Positions 1 through 7,757 of a stretch of 14,257 bases of DNA are shown here, piece after piece (the first letter of the stretch is position 1; every line of letters begins with the position of its first letter). The DNA lies in NCBI GenBank assembly GCA_043753995.1, contig JAYUVP010000034.1, positions 1 through 14,257 on the forward strand, given 5' to 3'. The notes under the pieces are model-generated. The model saw only the letters and a program-made list of their open reading frames with translations. It searched no databases and had not been told where the DNA came from. Both the position numbers and the translations under genes were made by a program. Origin of the DNA: Fibrobacterota bacterium (GTDB lineage: Bacteria; Fibrobacterota; Fibrobacteria; UBA11236).

Positions 1-1
1 C

Positions 2-376
2 CGCATTACCACCTGGGGCCTCACCAGCAGCGGGTCCTTCTCCAATAACCCGACCCTCTGGAATTCCGTCCATACGCCCGTGCTATTCATCGAAGGGAAT
101 CAAGACGCGACAGGAGCCTATACGAATGGCCTGCGTGATTATAGTGGCATTGCTGCTCTCGGTAAGCCGGTCATGTTCTTCAGTAATAAGACGGCGGGGC
201 ATGGCGGGGATCTATGGAGCGCGAACGGCGGGGCATTCACTAAGATCCACCTAGCGTGGATCAACTGGTGGCTCAAGGGTGATATGGGAGCTACTGGAAA
301 AGGAGCTTTAGTTGGCTCAGGTTGCTCTTACTGTACGAATAGCAATTGGGAAGTGAAGTCGGCCAATCTGCCTTAA
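2..376 (+). CDS. Alpha/beta hydrolase family protein, C-terminal part (5'-truncated by the window edge)
   Basis: The frame is open from position 2 (RITTWGLTSSGSFSNNPTLWNSVHTPVLFIEGNQD...). The TPVLFIEG..D and GHGG segments resemble the acid and His loops of alpha/beta hydrolases, followed by a LAWINWWLKGD helix and a C-terminal CxxC. The nucleophile motif lies outside the window. Confidence 0.65.
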   Translation, partial: RITTWGLTSSGSFSNNPTLWNSVHTPVLFIEGNQDATGAYTNGLRDYSGIAALGKPVMFFSNKTAGHGGDLWSANGGAFTKIHLAWINWWLKGDMGATGKGALVGSGCSYCTNSNWEVKSANLP

Positions 377-403
377 GCGCCGGGAGTGTTTGGATAGGTT
401 GGA

Positions 404-1029
404 TTAACGAAAATCCGTAGGAATCCATTCTCTGTAATCGGGCAAGTGTAGAATGGGTTAAGTACCCGAAAGCGCAATTCTGACGCCACAAAACACCCCA
501 ATGACCATCCCGCCCATGCCATAGACAAATGCGCCCATGCCGGGTTGGGATGAACCGCCGTCACCTTGGTATTTGCCTTATAAAAACCCTACGGTCATAC
601 CTACCACGGGCGCAAGCGCGGCCAAGAAAAACAGCCCTCCCCGTCCCGACTTTCGCTGTATTCCTGCGAGTCCGGTACCGGCCCAGGGGTCAGGTGGGGC
701 AGGCGTGAGCTCATGTTGCACGAATAAGCTTTCCAAATCCTTGATAGGCAATTGCAGGGTAATCGAATCAGAGTTTCCCAAGCTGTCACGGTATGAAAAA
801 TCCATCCAGGCCTGCTCCCGGTTAAAGGATTGCCAGGTTTGGCTGGTCACTTCCAGAATTCCAAGTGACCCGAAAATACCGAGTTGAGAGACGAGCAAGT
901 CCTTCCCATCGGGGAAATGGCGCAGGCTATCCTTGCGCTTGATTAACATCCATTGGCCGTCCAAAGTTCTTCAGCCCAAATGAGATTAGATGCCATTGCC
1001 GACAAAACAAGAAATAGGAGAAAGCGCAC
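404..1029 (-). pseudogene. Degraded gene for a signal-peptide-bearing protein with two C-terminal Gly-rich hydrophobic helices
   Basis: GTG at 1029 opens MRFLLFLVLSAMASNLIWA|EEL, which looks like a signal peptide. This shifts frame at ~960 into ORF 578..964. Reading through the TAA at 578-580 in the same frame gives GKYQGDGGSSQPGMGAFVYGMGGMVIGVFCGVRIALSGT (TAA at 458-460), then PILHLPDYREWIPTDFR (TAA at 404-406). The 3' end could be 458 or 404. Confidence 0.6.
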
Positions 1030-1104
1030 GTTTAAGAAAGTAAATCCCAAATTGGGGTCAGTTTATCATTCGATCCCAGTCCTACCCCTGCTTGAGATCT
1101 GGGT

Positions 1105-1141
1105 AAAATAAAAGCGCCGGGACTTGAGGTCCTGGCGCTTT
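1105..1141 (-). terminator. Rho-independent terminator downstream of the 1166..1870 gene (possibly bidirectional)
   Basis: Inverted repeat AAAGCGCCGGGAC (1111-1123) / GTCCTGGCGCTTT (1129-1141), with one non-Watson-Crick position and a 5-nt loop. On the minus strand the GC stem is followed by TTTTATTTT. It sits ~25 nt after the stop codon. Confidence 0.8.
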
Positions 1142-1165
1142 GGGCATTCTTATGTAAGTCGGAGC

Positions 1166-1870
1166 TTATTCGAAAATCAAGGCACGCAAGGCCGAGAGTT
1201 CGGCTTCGAGCTTATTGAGCGAGCGAATCAAGTCGGCCTTGGGCTTGGCTTCCACATTCTTGGCAGGAACATAAACGATGCCATTCAAAGTAATGGAGTC
1301 AGCCGAAGCTGCCTTTTTCGGGGCTCGGACGGGGCGATCGCCTCGATCGGTGGTCGAATTTTTACTGCCGGGTTTGCGGCCACGTTTGCCGCCGGTGAGG
1401 CCAGCGGCCTTTTTCCAAAGATTAATGGTCGCGACCGAGACATTGAATTTATCGGCGACGTCTTTGGCGGTTTCGCCAGCTTTTAAGGACTCAATGACTT
1501 GGTCTTTGGTTTCGTCGGTATAGCGTTGACGCGTTCCGCCTTTGGGCGTTCCCTTGGGGCTCATGGATTCGGATTCCTTGGTGATGGTGAGGGTGGCAAG
1601 CTGCTCTTTAACTTCAAAGGCGAACTTGTAGCCATCATCTTGCGATGAAGATTTGAATGAGCTGGCGCCGGACTTTTTAAAGCGCTCCAAATAACCTTGA
1701 AAGGTCGCCAAGACGGTCTCTTCCGACATCCAATCCGGTCGGTTGACGACTTCCGTGGGGTGCAAATAGCCCTCGGTGTCGGCGAATTCTAGGCTGATGA
1801 CGACGCGATCGCCGGTATCGAGGCGCTGGCGATTGAGTAATTGAAGCAGGGGCACGGTTTCCGTGGGCAT
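1166..1870 (-). CDS. Putative DNA-binding protein: unknown N-terminal domain, HTH (HTH_Tnp_1/IS3 OrfA-like), AT-hook-like motif and short C-terminal coiled coil
   Basis: 234-aa ORF. RQRYTDETKDQVIESLKAGETAKDVADKFNVSVATINLWKK is a classical HTH. It is followed by KRGRKPGSKN and a terminal LIRSLNKLEAELSALRALIFE helix. It has its own terminator and no DDE domain. Confidence 0.75.
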   Translation of the reverse strand: MPTETVPLLQLLNRQRLDTGDRVVISLEFADTEGYLHPTEVVNRPDWMSEETVLATFQGYLERFKKSGASSFKSSSQDDGYKFAFEVKEQLATLTITKESESMSPKGTPKGGTRQRYTDETKDQVIESLKAGETAKDVADKFNVSVATINLWKKAAGLTGGKRGRKPGSKNSTTDRGDRPVRAPKKAASADSITLNGIVYVPAKNVEAKPKADLIRSLNKLEAELSALRALIFE

Positions 1871-1922
1871 AGAATTAAAACCTTTGGCGGGCTAAGTTAG
1901 TAATTCGAAATAGCGATCCTTC

Positions 1923-1941
1923 GCTTTCCATTGCTTTCCAT
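1923..1941. promoter_or_regulatory. Tandem direct repeat GCTTTCCAT x2 (10-bp period) in a divergent promoter region; candidate operator
   Basis: GCTTTCCAT occurs at 1923-1931 and 1933-1941, between the divergent HTH gene and the DUF3467-thrH unit. Confidence 0.3.
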
Positions 1942-2002
1942 CATTTACGTTTATGGGCTTGCCGGCCTGCGATTTTGCGGGCTTTAAGCTCAGGATATGC
2001 TC

Positions 2003-2317
2003 ATGGTCAGCCCGAATCCGAATATGGAAGAACCCAATGGACCCTCAATCAATATTGAGTTGACCGAGGCTGCGGCCGAGGGCATTTACTCGAATTTGGT
2101 CCTGGTTAGCCATTCCTCTTCGGAATTCGTGATTGATTTTGCCCGCCTTTTGCCGGGTCCACCCAAGGGCAAGGTGCATGCCCGTATTGTCATGACGCCT
2201 CAAAATGCCAAATCCCTGGTGGGAACCCTGCAAGAGAATATTGGCCGTTTTGAGCGCACCTTTGGCCCCATCGGTCCCTTTGCCGGTCCAGGCATGCCAG
2301 GACCCCAGGAATTTTAA
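2003..2317 (+). CDS. DUF3467 domain-containing protein
   Basis: INIELTEAAAEGIYSNLVLVSHSSSEFVIDFARLLPGPPKGKVHARIVMTPQNAKSL...YE/FERTFGPI matches the DUF3467 pattern. The start is uncertain (1997, 2003 or 2024); AGGA lies 7 nt before the ATG at 2003. Confidence 0.88.
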   Translation: MVSPNPNMEEPNGPSINIELTEAAAEGIYSNLVLVSHSSSEFVIDFARLLPGPPKGKVHARIVMTPQNAKSLVGTLQENIGRFERTFGPIGPFAGPGMPGPQEF

Positions 2318-2368
2318 GGCTGACTTTTCCGGACGACTTATTTTTCGACCCATGCCAGGAACTTTACT

Positions 2369-2971
2369 GTGAAAGCCCTTTGCCTCGATATGGAGGGCGT
2401 GCTGACGCCCGAGATTTGGCATCATGTCCGCGATCGTTCGGGTGTGAAGGAATTGAATCTCACCACTCGTGATGTGAAAGACTATCGCGAATTGATGGAT
2501 AAGCGCATCGTCATTTGCGCGCAAAACGGTATCACTTTGGATAAAATCCAAGGCTGGATACAAGAATTACCCCTGCTCGAAGGCGCCAAGGATTTTGTCG
2601 ACTGGGCGCGTGATCGGTATCAGGTCTTCATCCTTTCGGACACGTTTTATGAATTCGCGGGCCACTTCATGCGTCTCCTCGACCGGCCAGCCTTGTTTTG
2701 CCATTCGATTCGCGACAATGCCGCTATAGGTCGGCTGGAATATCAATTAAGGCAAGACAATCAAAAGCGACACGCGGTCGAAGCTTTGCGAGGCTTGAAT
2801 TTTAAGGTAGCGGCAGCGGGTGATTCTTATAATGACATTCACATGTTACAGGCTGCGCATGTGGCCACATTCTTTCGCGCGCCGATGAGCATCACTCAAG
2901 AATTTCCCGCCTTTGGCAATTTGGAAACTTTCGCGCAATTAAAAGAGTTTTGCACGAATCAATTTGGCTAA
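2369..2971 (+). CDS. thrH: Bifunctional phosphoserine phosphatase / homoserine phosphotransferase (HAD superfamily)
   Basis: CLDMEGVLTPEIW (HAD motif I, ThrH type), TTRD..DY..LM..R, ILSDTFYEFA, LFCH and AAGDSYND..ML. 200 aa, GTG start with AGGA upstream. Confidence 0.93.
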   Translation: MKALCLDMEGVLTPEIWHHVRDRSGVKELNLTTRDVKDYRELMDKRIVICAQNGITLDKIQGWIQELPLLEGAKDFVDWARDRYQVFILSDTFYEFAGHFMRLLDRPALFCHSIRDNAAIGRLEYQLRQDNQKRHAVEALRGLNFKVAAAGDSYNDIHMLQAAHVATFFRAPMSITQEFPAFGNLETFAQLKEFCTNQFG

Positions 2972-3615
2972 TTCCGAAGCTGGGATAAACGCAGGCGAAA
3001 CCAGCCGGCGATGTCATGCAATTCCTGCGGCAATATGGTGTGATCTTTTTGATAGGTCATGAAGGTGATACGCAATCCCATTTCCTTGAGCTGCAAGTAC
3101 TGGGCTTTGGATTTCGCATAGGGCACCATGGGGTCAAAGGTGCCATGGGTGAGTAGGATTTCTTGTTCGCGTGCGAATATCGAAAGTTGATCGGGATATT
3201 CTTCGGGAAAGCCCACGTAGCCGCTCACACCGCATATGCCACCCAAAGTATGCGGGAGTCGCAAACCCACATCCATGGCCATGAGGCAACCCTGACTGAA
3301 GCCGAAAAGGAAAATATTTTCGCTTTTGACCCCCTGCTGCATCAATTCGTCAATCAAGCCGAATAAAAGGCTGCGACTGCGAAGGATGCCTGGACCTGGA
3401 TCTTCGAGATAATCATACCAGCTATAGCCGCCATAATAGGCATCCGGAGCATTGACCAGTAAAAAGGAAAGATCGTCAATGGCCAATTCCGAAGGAAACC
3501 AGCCATAGCCACTGAGGCTGTCACCAAGGCCATGCAAAACGATCACCACCCGTTCTTGCGGGTGTGTGATTTTGGCGGGGACATACCGATAAGTGAAGTG
3601 TTTGCTTTGAAGCAT
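2968..3615 (-). CDS. Phospholipase/carboxylesterase family alpha/beta hydrolase
   Basis: Motifs LHGLGDS, GFSQG (nucleophile), THGTFDPMVP (acid) and KDHTI (His). The ATG at 3615 (MLQSKHF) is preferred over the TTG at 3654. It overlaps the thrH stop by 4 bp in convergent orientation. Confidence 0.88.
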   Translation of the reverse strand: MLQSKHFTYRYVPAKITHPQERVVIVLHGLGDSLSGYGWFPSELAIDDLSFLLVNAPDAYYGGYSWYDYLEDPGPGILRSRSLLFGLIDELMQQGVKSENIFLFGFSQGCLMAMDVGLRLPHTLGGICGVSGYVGFPEEYPDQLSIFAREQEILLTHGTFDPMVPYAKSKAQYLQLKEMGLRITFMTYQKDHTILPQELHDIAGWFRLRLSQLRN

Positions 3616-3725
3616 AGAATGGAGGCGCGACCTGTGAAGAAGCCGTCGCGCCAAAGGTTACCTCTGCTGGAGACAGGGTGTCAATCGGGTCCTTGTCCGA
3701 AAATCAATCGTGGCTGCTGAAACCC

Positions 3726-4637
3726 TCAATCGCGGGTGTTTTGCTGAAGGCGCTCAATGCGCTCTGCAAGGGGTGGATGCGTCGAAAGCATGGCCATGAA
3801 GCCACCCGTGCGGCCAGAAATTTTGAAAGCTGCGAGGCGGGTCGAGGCCTGCTCTTCGGCGGGGCGATCGTAAACGCGCTGCAAGGCGCGTAAGGCCGAA
3901 ATCATGCGCTCGCGGCCGGCAATTTTGGCCGAACCCGCATCGGCCCGAAATTCGCGATAACGCGAGAAGGCTGAGACGACCATCATGCCGAAGAGGCCGA
4001 AGATCATTTCAAAAACCGTGGTCAATATATAAGTGAGCCAGAAATTCGACGAATGTTCTTCGCCATCCCGCTTGCCGCGTAAGGCATTGGCGACACCCCA
4101 AGCCAGAACACGGGCGAAAAACATCACGAAGGCATTGATGACACCTTGAATCAAGGTCAAAGTCACCATGTCGCCATTGGCGACGTGGGCGATTTCATGG
4201 CCTAGAACGCCTTCGACTTGGTCGCGGTCCATTTGCCGCAGCAAACCGGTGGACACGGCCACCAAGGCATTGCTGCGAGTGGGGCCAGTGGCGAAGGCAT
4301 TGACATCGGCACTTTCATAGACGCCAACCTCGGGCATGGCAGGCAAGCCGGACTTTTGAGCCAGGCGATGCACCATTTCCACGAGTTCACCGTATTGGCC
4401 CGGCTGACGTGGGTCAATGATTTTTACCCCCATGCTCATCTTGGCCATCACCTTGGATAGAAGCAAGGAGATAAAGGAGCCACCCATGCCCCAGACCAGG
4501 CAGAAAACGGCGAGATGGCCGTAATTAATGCCATAGGCGGTGACCCAGCGATCGACACCCAGCAATCGCAAAACAATGCTCAAGGTCACCATGACCAAGA
4601 GGTTGGTTATCAGAAAAAGGCCTATTCTCTTAAACAT
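3726..4637 (-). CDS. htpX: Membrane zinc metalloprotease HtpX (M48 family)
   Basis: MFKRIGLFLITNL N-terminus, NAFATG, HEIAH zinc motif followed by VANGDMVTLTLIQG, FSRYREFRADAGSA and STHPPLAERI. AGGAG RBS upstream. Confidence 0.96.
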   Translation of the reverse strand: MFKRIGLFLITNLLVMVTLSIVLRLLGVDRWVTAYGINYGHLAVFCLVWGMGGSFISLLLSKVMAKMSMGVKIIDPRQPGQYGELVEMVHRLAQKSGLPAMPEVGVYESADVNAFATGPTRSNALVAVSTGLLRQMDRDQVEGVLGHEIAHVANGDMVTLTLIQGVINAFVMFFARVLAWGVANALRGKRDGEEHSSNFWLTYILTTVFEMIFGLFGMMVVSAFSRYREFRADAGSAKIAGRERMISALRALQRVYDRPAEEQASTRLAAFKISGRTGGFMAMLSTHPPLAERIERLQQNTRD

Positions 4638-4748
4638 GACGCAAAACTCCTATTGGGTAGCACGAAACTATTATTTTGCCGACTTCAAGGCAAAGTCTAT
4701 TTCCCCAAGGTAACTTGCATGGAACCCGCATTTTTAAACCAGGCCAAT

Positions 4749-5474
4749 ATGTTCACCGATCCCCAAATGTGGATTAGCCTGCTTACCCTGACCTCCCTAG
4801 AAATCGTTCTTGGCATCGACAATATCGTTTTCATTTCGATTTTGGCAGGCCGGTTGCCCAAGGAGCAGCAGGCCAAGGCAAGAAAGCTGGGATTGGCCGC
4901 CGCCTTGGTGTCTCGATTGATGCTTTTGGCATCCCTGGCCTATATCGTGAAATTGACCGCGCCTTTATTGACGGTATTCGGCAAAGAAATTTCCGGACGC
5001 GATTTGGTTTTGTTGGCCGGAGGTCTATTCCTGATTTGGAAAAGCACCAAGGAAATTCATGCCCGCGTCGAGGGCGAGGAAGAGGGCGGTGTCGGTGGGG
5101 GAAAAAAGATTCCGTCCTTCGCCAGCGTCATTTTCCAAATCATGGTTCTCGACATCATATTCTCGCTCGACTCTGTTATTACCGCCGTGGGTATGGCTGA
5201 TAATTTGAGCATCATGATTGCGGCCGTTGTCTTGGCCATGATTATCATGTTAGTGGCTTCGACGGCTGTGAGCGACTTCGTGCATAAGCATCCCACGGTG
5301 AAAATGCTGGCCCTCAGCTTTTTGCTTTTAGTAGGCACGGCCCTGGTGGGCGAAGGCCTCTCCTTCCATATACCCAAGGGCTATATCTATTTCGCCATGG
5401 CATTTTCTCTAATCGTGGAAACCCTGAATATTCGCGCGGCGAAAAAGAGTCCAAAGGCCGATTCGGGCCACTAG
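4749..5474 (+). CDS. TerC family integral membrane protein (probable metal, e.g. Mn2+, transport)
   Basis: LTSLEIVLGIDNIVFISIL, GRDLVLLAGGLFLIWKS, LDIIFSLDSVITAVGM, HPTVKMLALSFLLLVG and IPKGYIYFAMAFS are TerC signatures. The start is 4749 (MFTDPQMW) or 4719. The 4515 start would overlap htpX. Confidence 0.93.
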   Translation: MFTDPQMWISLLTLTSLEIVLGIDNIVFISILAGRLPKEQQAKARKLGLAAALVSRLMLLASLAYIVKLTAPLLTVFGKEISGRDLVLLAGGLFLIWKSTKEIHARVEGEEEGGVGGGKKIPSFASVIFQIMVLDIIFSLDSVITAVGMADNLSIMIAAVVLAMIIMLVASTAVSDFVHKHPTVKMLALSFLLLVGTALVGEGLSFHIPKGYIYFAMAFSLIVETLNIRAAKKSPKADSGH

Positions 5475-5510
5475 ACTCGGTCTCAAAACACCTACCGCCG
5501 TCGCTTGGCT

Positions 5511-7757
5511 CTAACCGAGTTTCGGCGCGGCGGACTCGGGCTTGATTGCAGTTTCGGTGCTGGTCTTCGAGGCCGAGCCCCATAGTGCCGCAATTGGGGG
5601 CAACTCCGAATGTCCAGTGGCTTCCCGGATAAACCAATCCTGAGCGCGCAGAAAACCTTTTTTACGATCTTGCACGATGCGCTCATAATGACCGTCATGT
5701 TGCATCCAGGAGGTGTCGCCTTCTTCCTGCCAATACACAGCCAAGATATGCAATAGCCGGTCGCGCAATTTGGTGTCGCGCACGGGAACAATGACTTCCA
5801 CCCGTTCGCGCAAATTGCGCACCATCCAATCCCCTGATCCTATAAATACTTCCGGCTCATCCGCATTGCGGAAAGCGTAAATGCGGCTATGCTCGAGATA
5901 GCGGCCCACCACGCTCTTGACATGAATATTCTCGGAAAGTCCCGGAGCCTGGGGACGAAGGGCGCAAATGCCGCGCACGATCAAGCGGACTTCCACTCCG
6001 TCACGCGAAGCATCGTATAAGGCCTCAATGACTTCGCGATCGAGCAGGGCATTAAACTTTGCCACAATGCCGCTGGGCATGCCCATACGCGCATGGCGGC
6101 GCTCGCGGGCAATCAGCTCAAGCGTGCCACTCAAGAAGGTGCGGGGACTTACCCACAAACCGCGAAAGTCAGGATCGCGCGCATTGGCCGTGAGAAAATT
6201 GAAGACTTCCGATACGCCCTCGGTGACCGAGGCATCGGAGGTCAGCAAGGAAAGATCGGTATAGAGTTTGGCGGTATCCGGATTGTAATTGCCGGTGCCG
6301 ATATGGGCGTAACGGCGAAATACACCCTCTTCCTTGCGAAGTATCAAGGCGAGCTTGCAATGCGTCTTGAGTCCGGCAAGGCCGTAAACCACGGTGCCGC
6401 CACGTTCTTCCAGGCGGCGCGCCCAGTGAATATTGCTTTGTTCGTCAAAGCGCGCCTTGAGTTCGACCACCACCACCACTTCCTTACCACGCTGTGCCGC
6501 TTCCATCAAGGCATACATGATGGGGCTATTGGCGCTGGTGCGATATAAGGTGGTTTTAATGGCCATGACCTGGGGGTCGCGCGCAACGGACTCCAAAAAT
6601 CTCACCACCGGGTCATAGCTCTCGAAAGGATGATGCAGGAGCACATCTCGCTGGTGCAAGGTTTCGAAAGTGGTTTCGGGATGCTCGAGCCCAACCGGAT
6701 GAGAGGGGAAATAGGGAGGGTATTTCAAATGCGGCAGGGGAATGAGGCCATAGAGCGCATAAATGCGATTCAAGTTGACCGGCTTGCCGACACGAAAGAC
6801 CAGATTGGCGTCGATGTCGAAATTTTTCACCAGCCACTCCGTGAGGCGAGGCGATGCGTCTTCGTCGATTTCCAGGCGCACCACGTCGCCTTTGCGGCGA
6901 TTACGCACGCCTTCTTCCACGGATTCTAAAAGATTTTCCGTGGCGTCTTCTTCGTCTTCGAGATACAGATTGGAATTACGCGTCACGCGAAAGGAGGAAC
7001 ATTCGCGAATGGGATAACCCTTGAAGAGTTCACCCGCATAATGCCGAACAATGTCGGAGATAAAGACGAAGGCATAGGCATGGCCAATATGAGGCAATGC
7101 AATGACGCGAGGCAGGCTACGCGGCACCGAAACCACGCCCAGGCTTTCACGGCCACGGCCGCCATCCTTGAGCAGCAGGGCTAGGCAAAGGGCTTTGTTC
7201 ACTACCCAGGGAAAGGGATGCGAGGGATCGACCTTGATGGGTGTCAGCAAGTGATAAACTTCGCGCCGGAAATAGTCGTGGACGAAGGCTTCTTCCTCCT
7301 GGGAAAGCTCGCGTACTCTCTTCACGAAAACGTCTTGCCCCTTGAGGCCTTCCCGCAAATCTCGCCAGCAGGCATATTGATCGCGCACCATGGCCTGGCA
7401 GTCTTCTAAAACACGATGCAACTTATCCTTGCTGTCGAGTTGGGCAATGCCATCGACATCGACTCCCGCTTCGACGCGCTGTAGCAAGGCGGCCACGCGT
7501 ACCTCGAAAAACTCGTCGAGATTGCTGCCGACGATGCCCAGGAATTTGAGGCGCTCAAGCAAGGGCAAGCTTCGGTCTTGCGCAGCCTCTAGCACGCGTC
7601 GATTGAAGGCGAGCCAGGATAATTCGCGGTCAATGAAAATCTGCGCGCCTGCATAGCGAGCCGGCGTTTTCGAAGTCACGGGATGGGTTTTAACCCCCTT
7701 GGGCTTAGGCGCTGGCTTTGCGGTCTTTAACTTGGCCTTCAAGCGAAGCCTCCTCAC
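5511..7757 (-). CDS. ppk1: Polyphosphate kinase 1
   Basis: RELSWLAFNRRVL, SNLDEFFEVRVA, HPFP, LLHHPFESY (phospho-His region), KTTLYRT, ELKARFDE, KTHCK, GTGNYN and GRYLEHSR. The start is uncertain (GTG 7757 or GTG 7679). Confidence 0.97.
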   Translation of the reverse strand: MRRLRLKAKLKTAKPAPKPKGVKTHPVTSKTPARYAGAQIFIDRELSWLAFNRRVLEAAQDRSLPLLERLKFLGIVGSNLDEFFEVRVAALLQRVEAGVDVDGIAQLDSKDKLHRVLEDCQAMVRDQYACWRDLREGLKGQDVFVKRVRELSQEEEAFVHDYFRREVYHLLTPIKVDPSHPFPWVVNKALCLALLLKDGGRGRESLGVVSVPRSLPRVIALPHIGHAYAFVFISDIVRHYAGELFKGYPIRECSSFRVTRNSNLYLEDEEDATENLLESVEEGVRNRRKGDVVRLEIDEDASPRLTEWLVKNFDIDANLVFRVGKPVNLNRIYALYGLIPLPHLKYPPYFPSHPVGLEHPETTFETLHQRDVLLHHPFESYDPVVRFLESVARDPQVMAIKTTLYRTSANSPIMYALMEAAQRGKEVVVVVELKARFDEQSNIHWARRLEERGGTVVYGLAGLKTHCKLALILRKEEGVFRRYAHIGTGNYNPDTAKLYTDLSLLTSDASVTEGVSEVFNFLTANARDPDFRGLWVSPRTFLSGTLELIARERRHARMGMPSGIVAKFNALLDREVIEALYDASRDGVEVRLIVRGICALRPQAPGLSENIHVKSVVGRYLEHSRIYAFRNADEPEVFIGSGDWMVRNLRERVEVIVPVRDTKLRDRLLHILAVYWQEEGDTSWMQHDGHYERIVQDRKKGFLRAQDWFIREATGHSELPPIAALWGSASKTSTETAIKPESAAPKLG

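Noticed and set aside
404..580. Stop-codon reassignment (TAA read-through) as an explanation for the interrupted gene
   Set aside because: TAA terminates several intact genes in the window (DUF3467, thrH, the HA gene), and the same locus also has a frameshift, so decay is the simpler explanation.
1166..1870. IS3-family insertion sequence
   Set aside because: Only an OrfA-like HTH is present. There is no DDE OrfB, frameshift-linked downstream ORF or terminal inverted repeat, and the gene ends in a normal terminator.
2045..2563. 172-aa minus-strand ORF
   Set aside because: It is antisense to DUF3467 and thrH, both strongly supported, and has no motifs.
4638..4748. yybP-ykoY Mn2+ riboswitch upstream of terC, or CIRCE upstream of htpX
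   Set aside because: No riboswitch consensus is recognisable. TAGCA-N14-TGCCGA has the wrong spacing and poor arms for CIRCE. TTTGCC-N8-GGCAAA (4675-4694) is too short to call.
4515..4748. N-terminal extension of the TerC ORF
   Set aside because: It overlaps htpX on the opposite strand and precedes the typical TerC N-terminus. The start is reassigned to 4749 (or 4719).
5475..5520. Terminator between terC and ppk1 (ACTCGGT...ACCGAGT)
   Set aside because: The 7-bp arms are separated by 32 nt and there is no U-tract, which is too weak to call.
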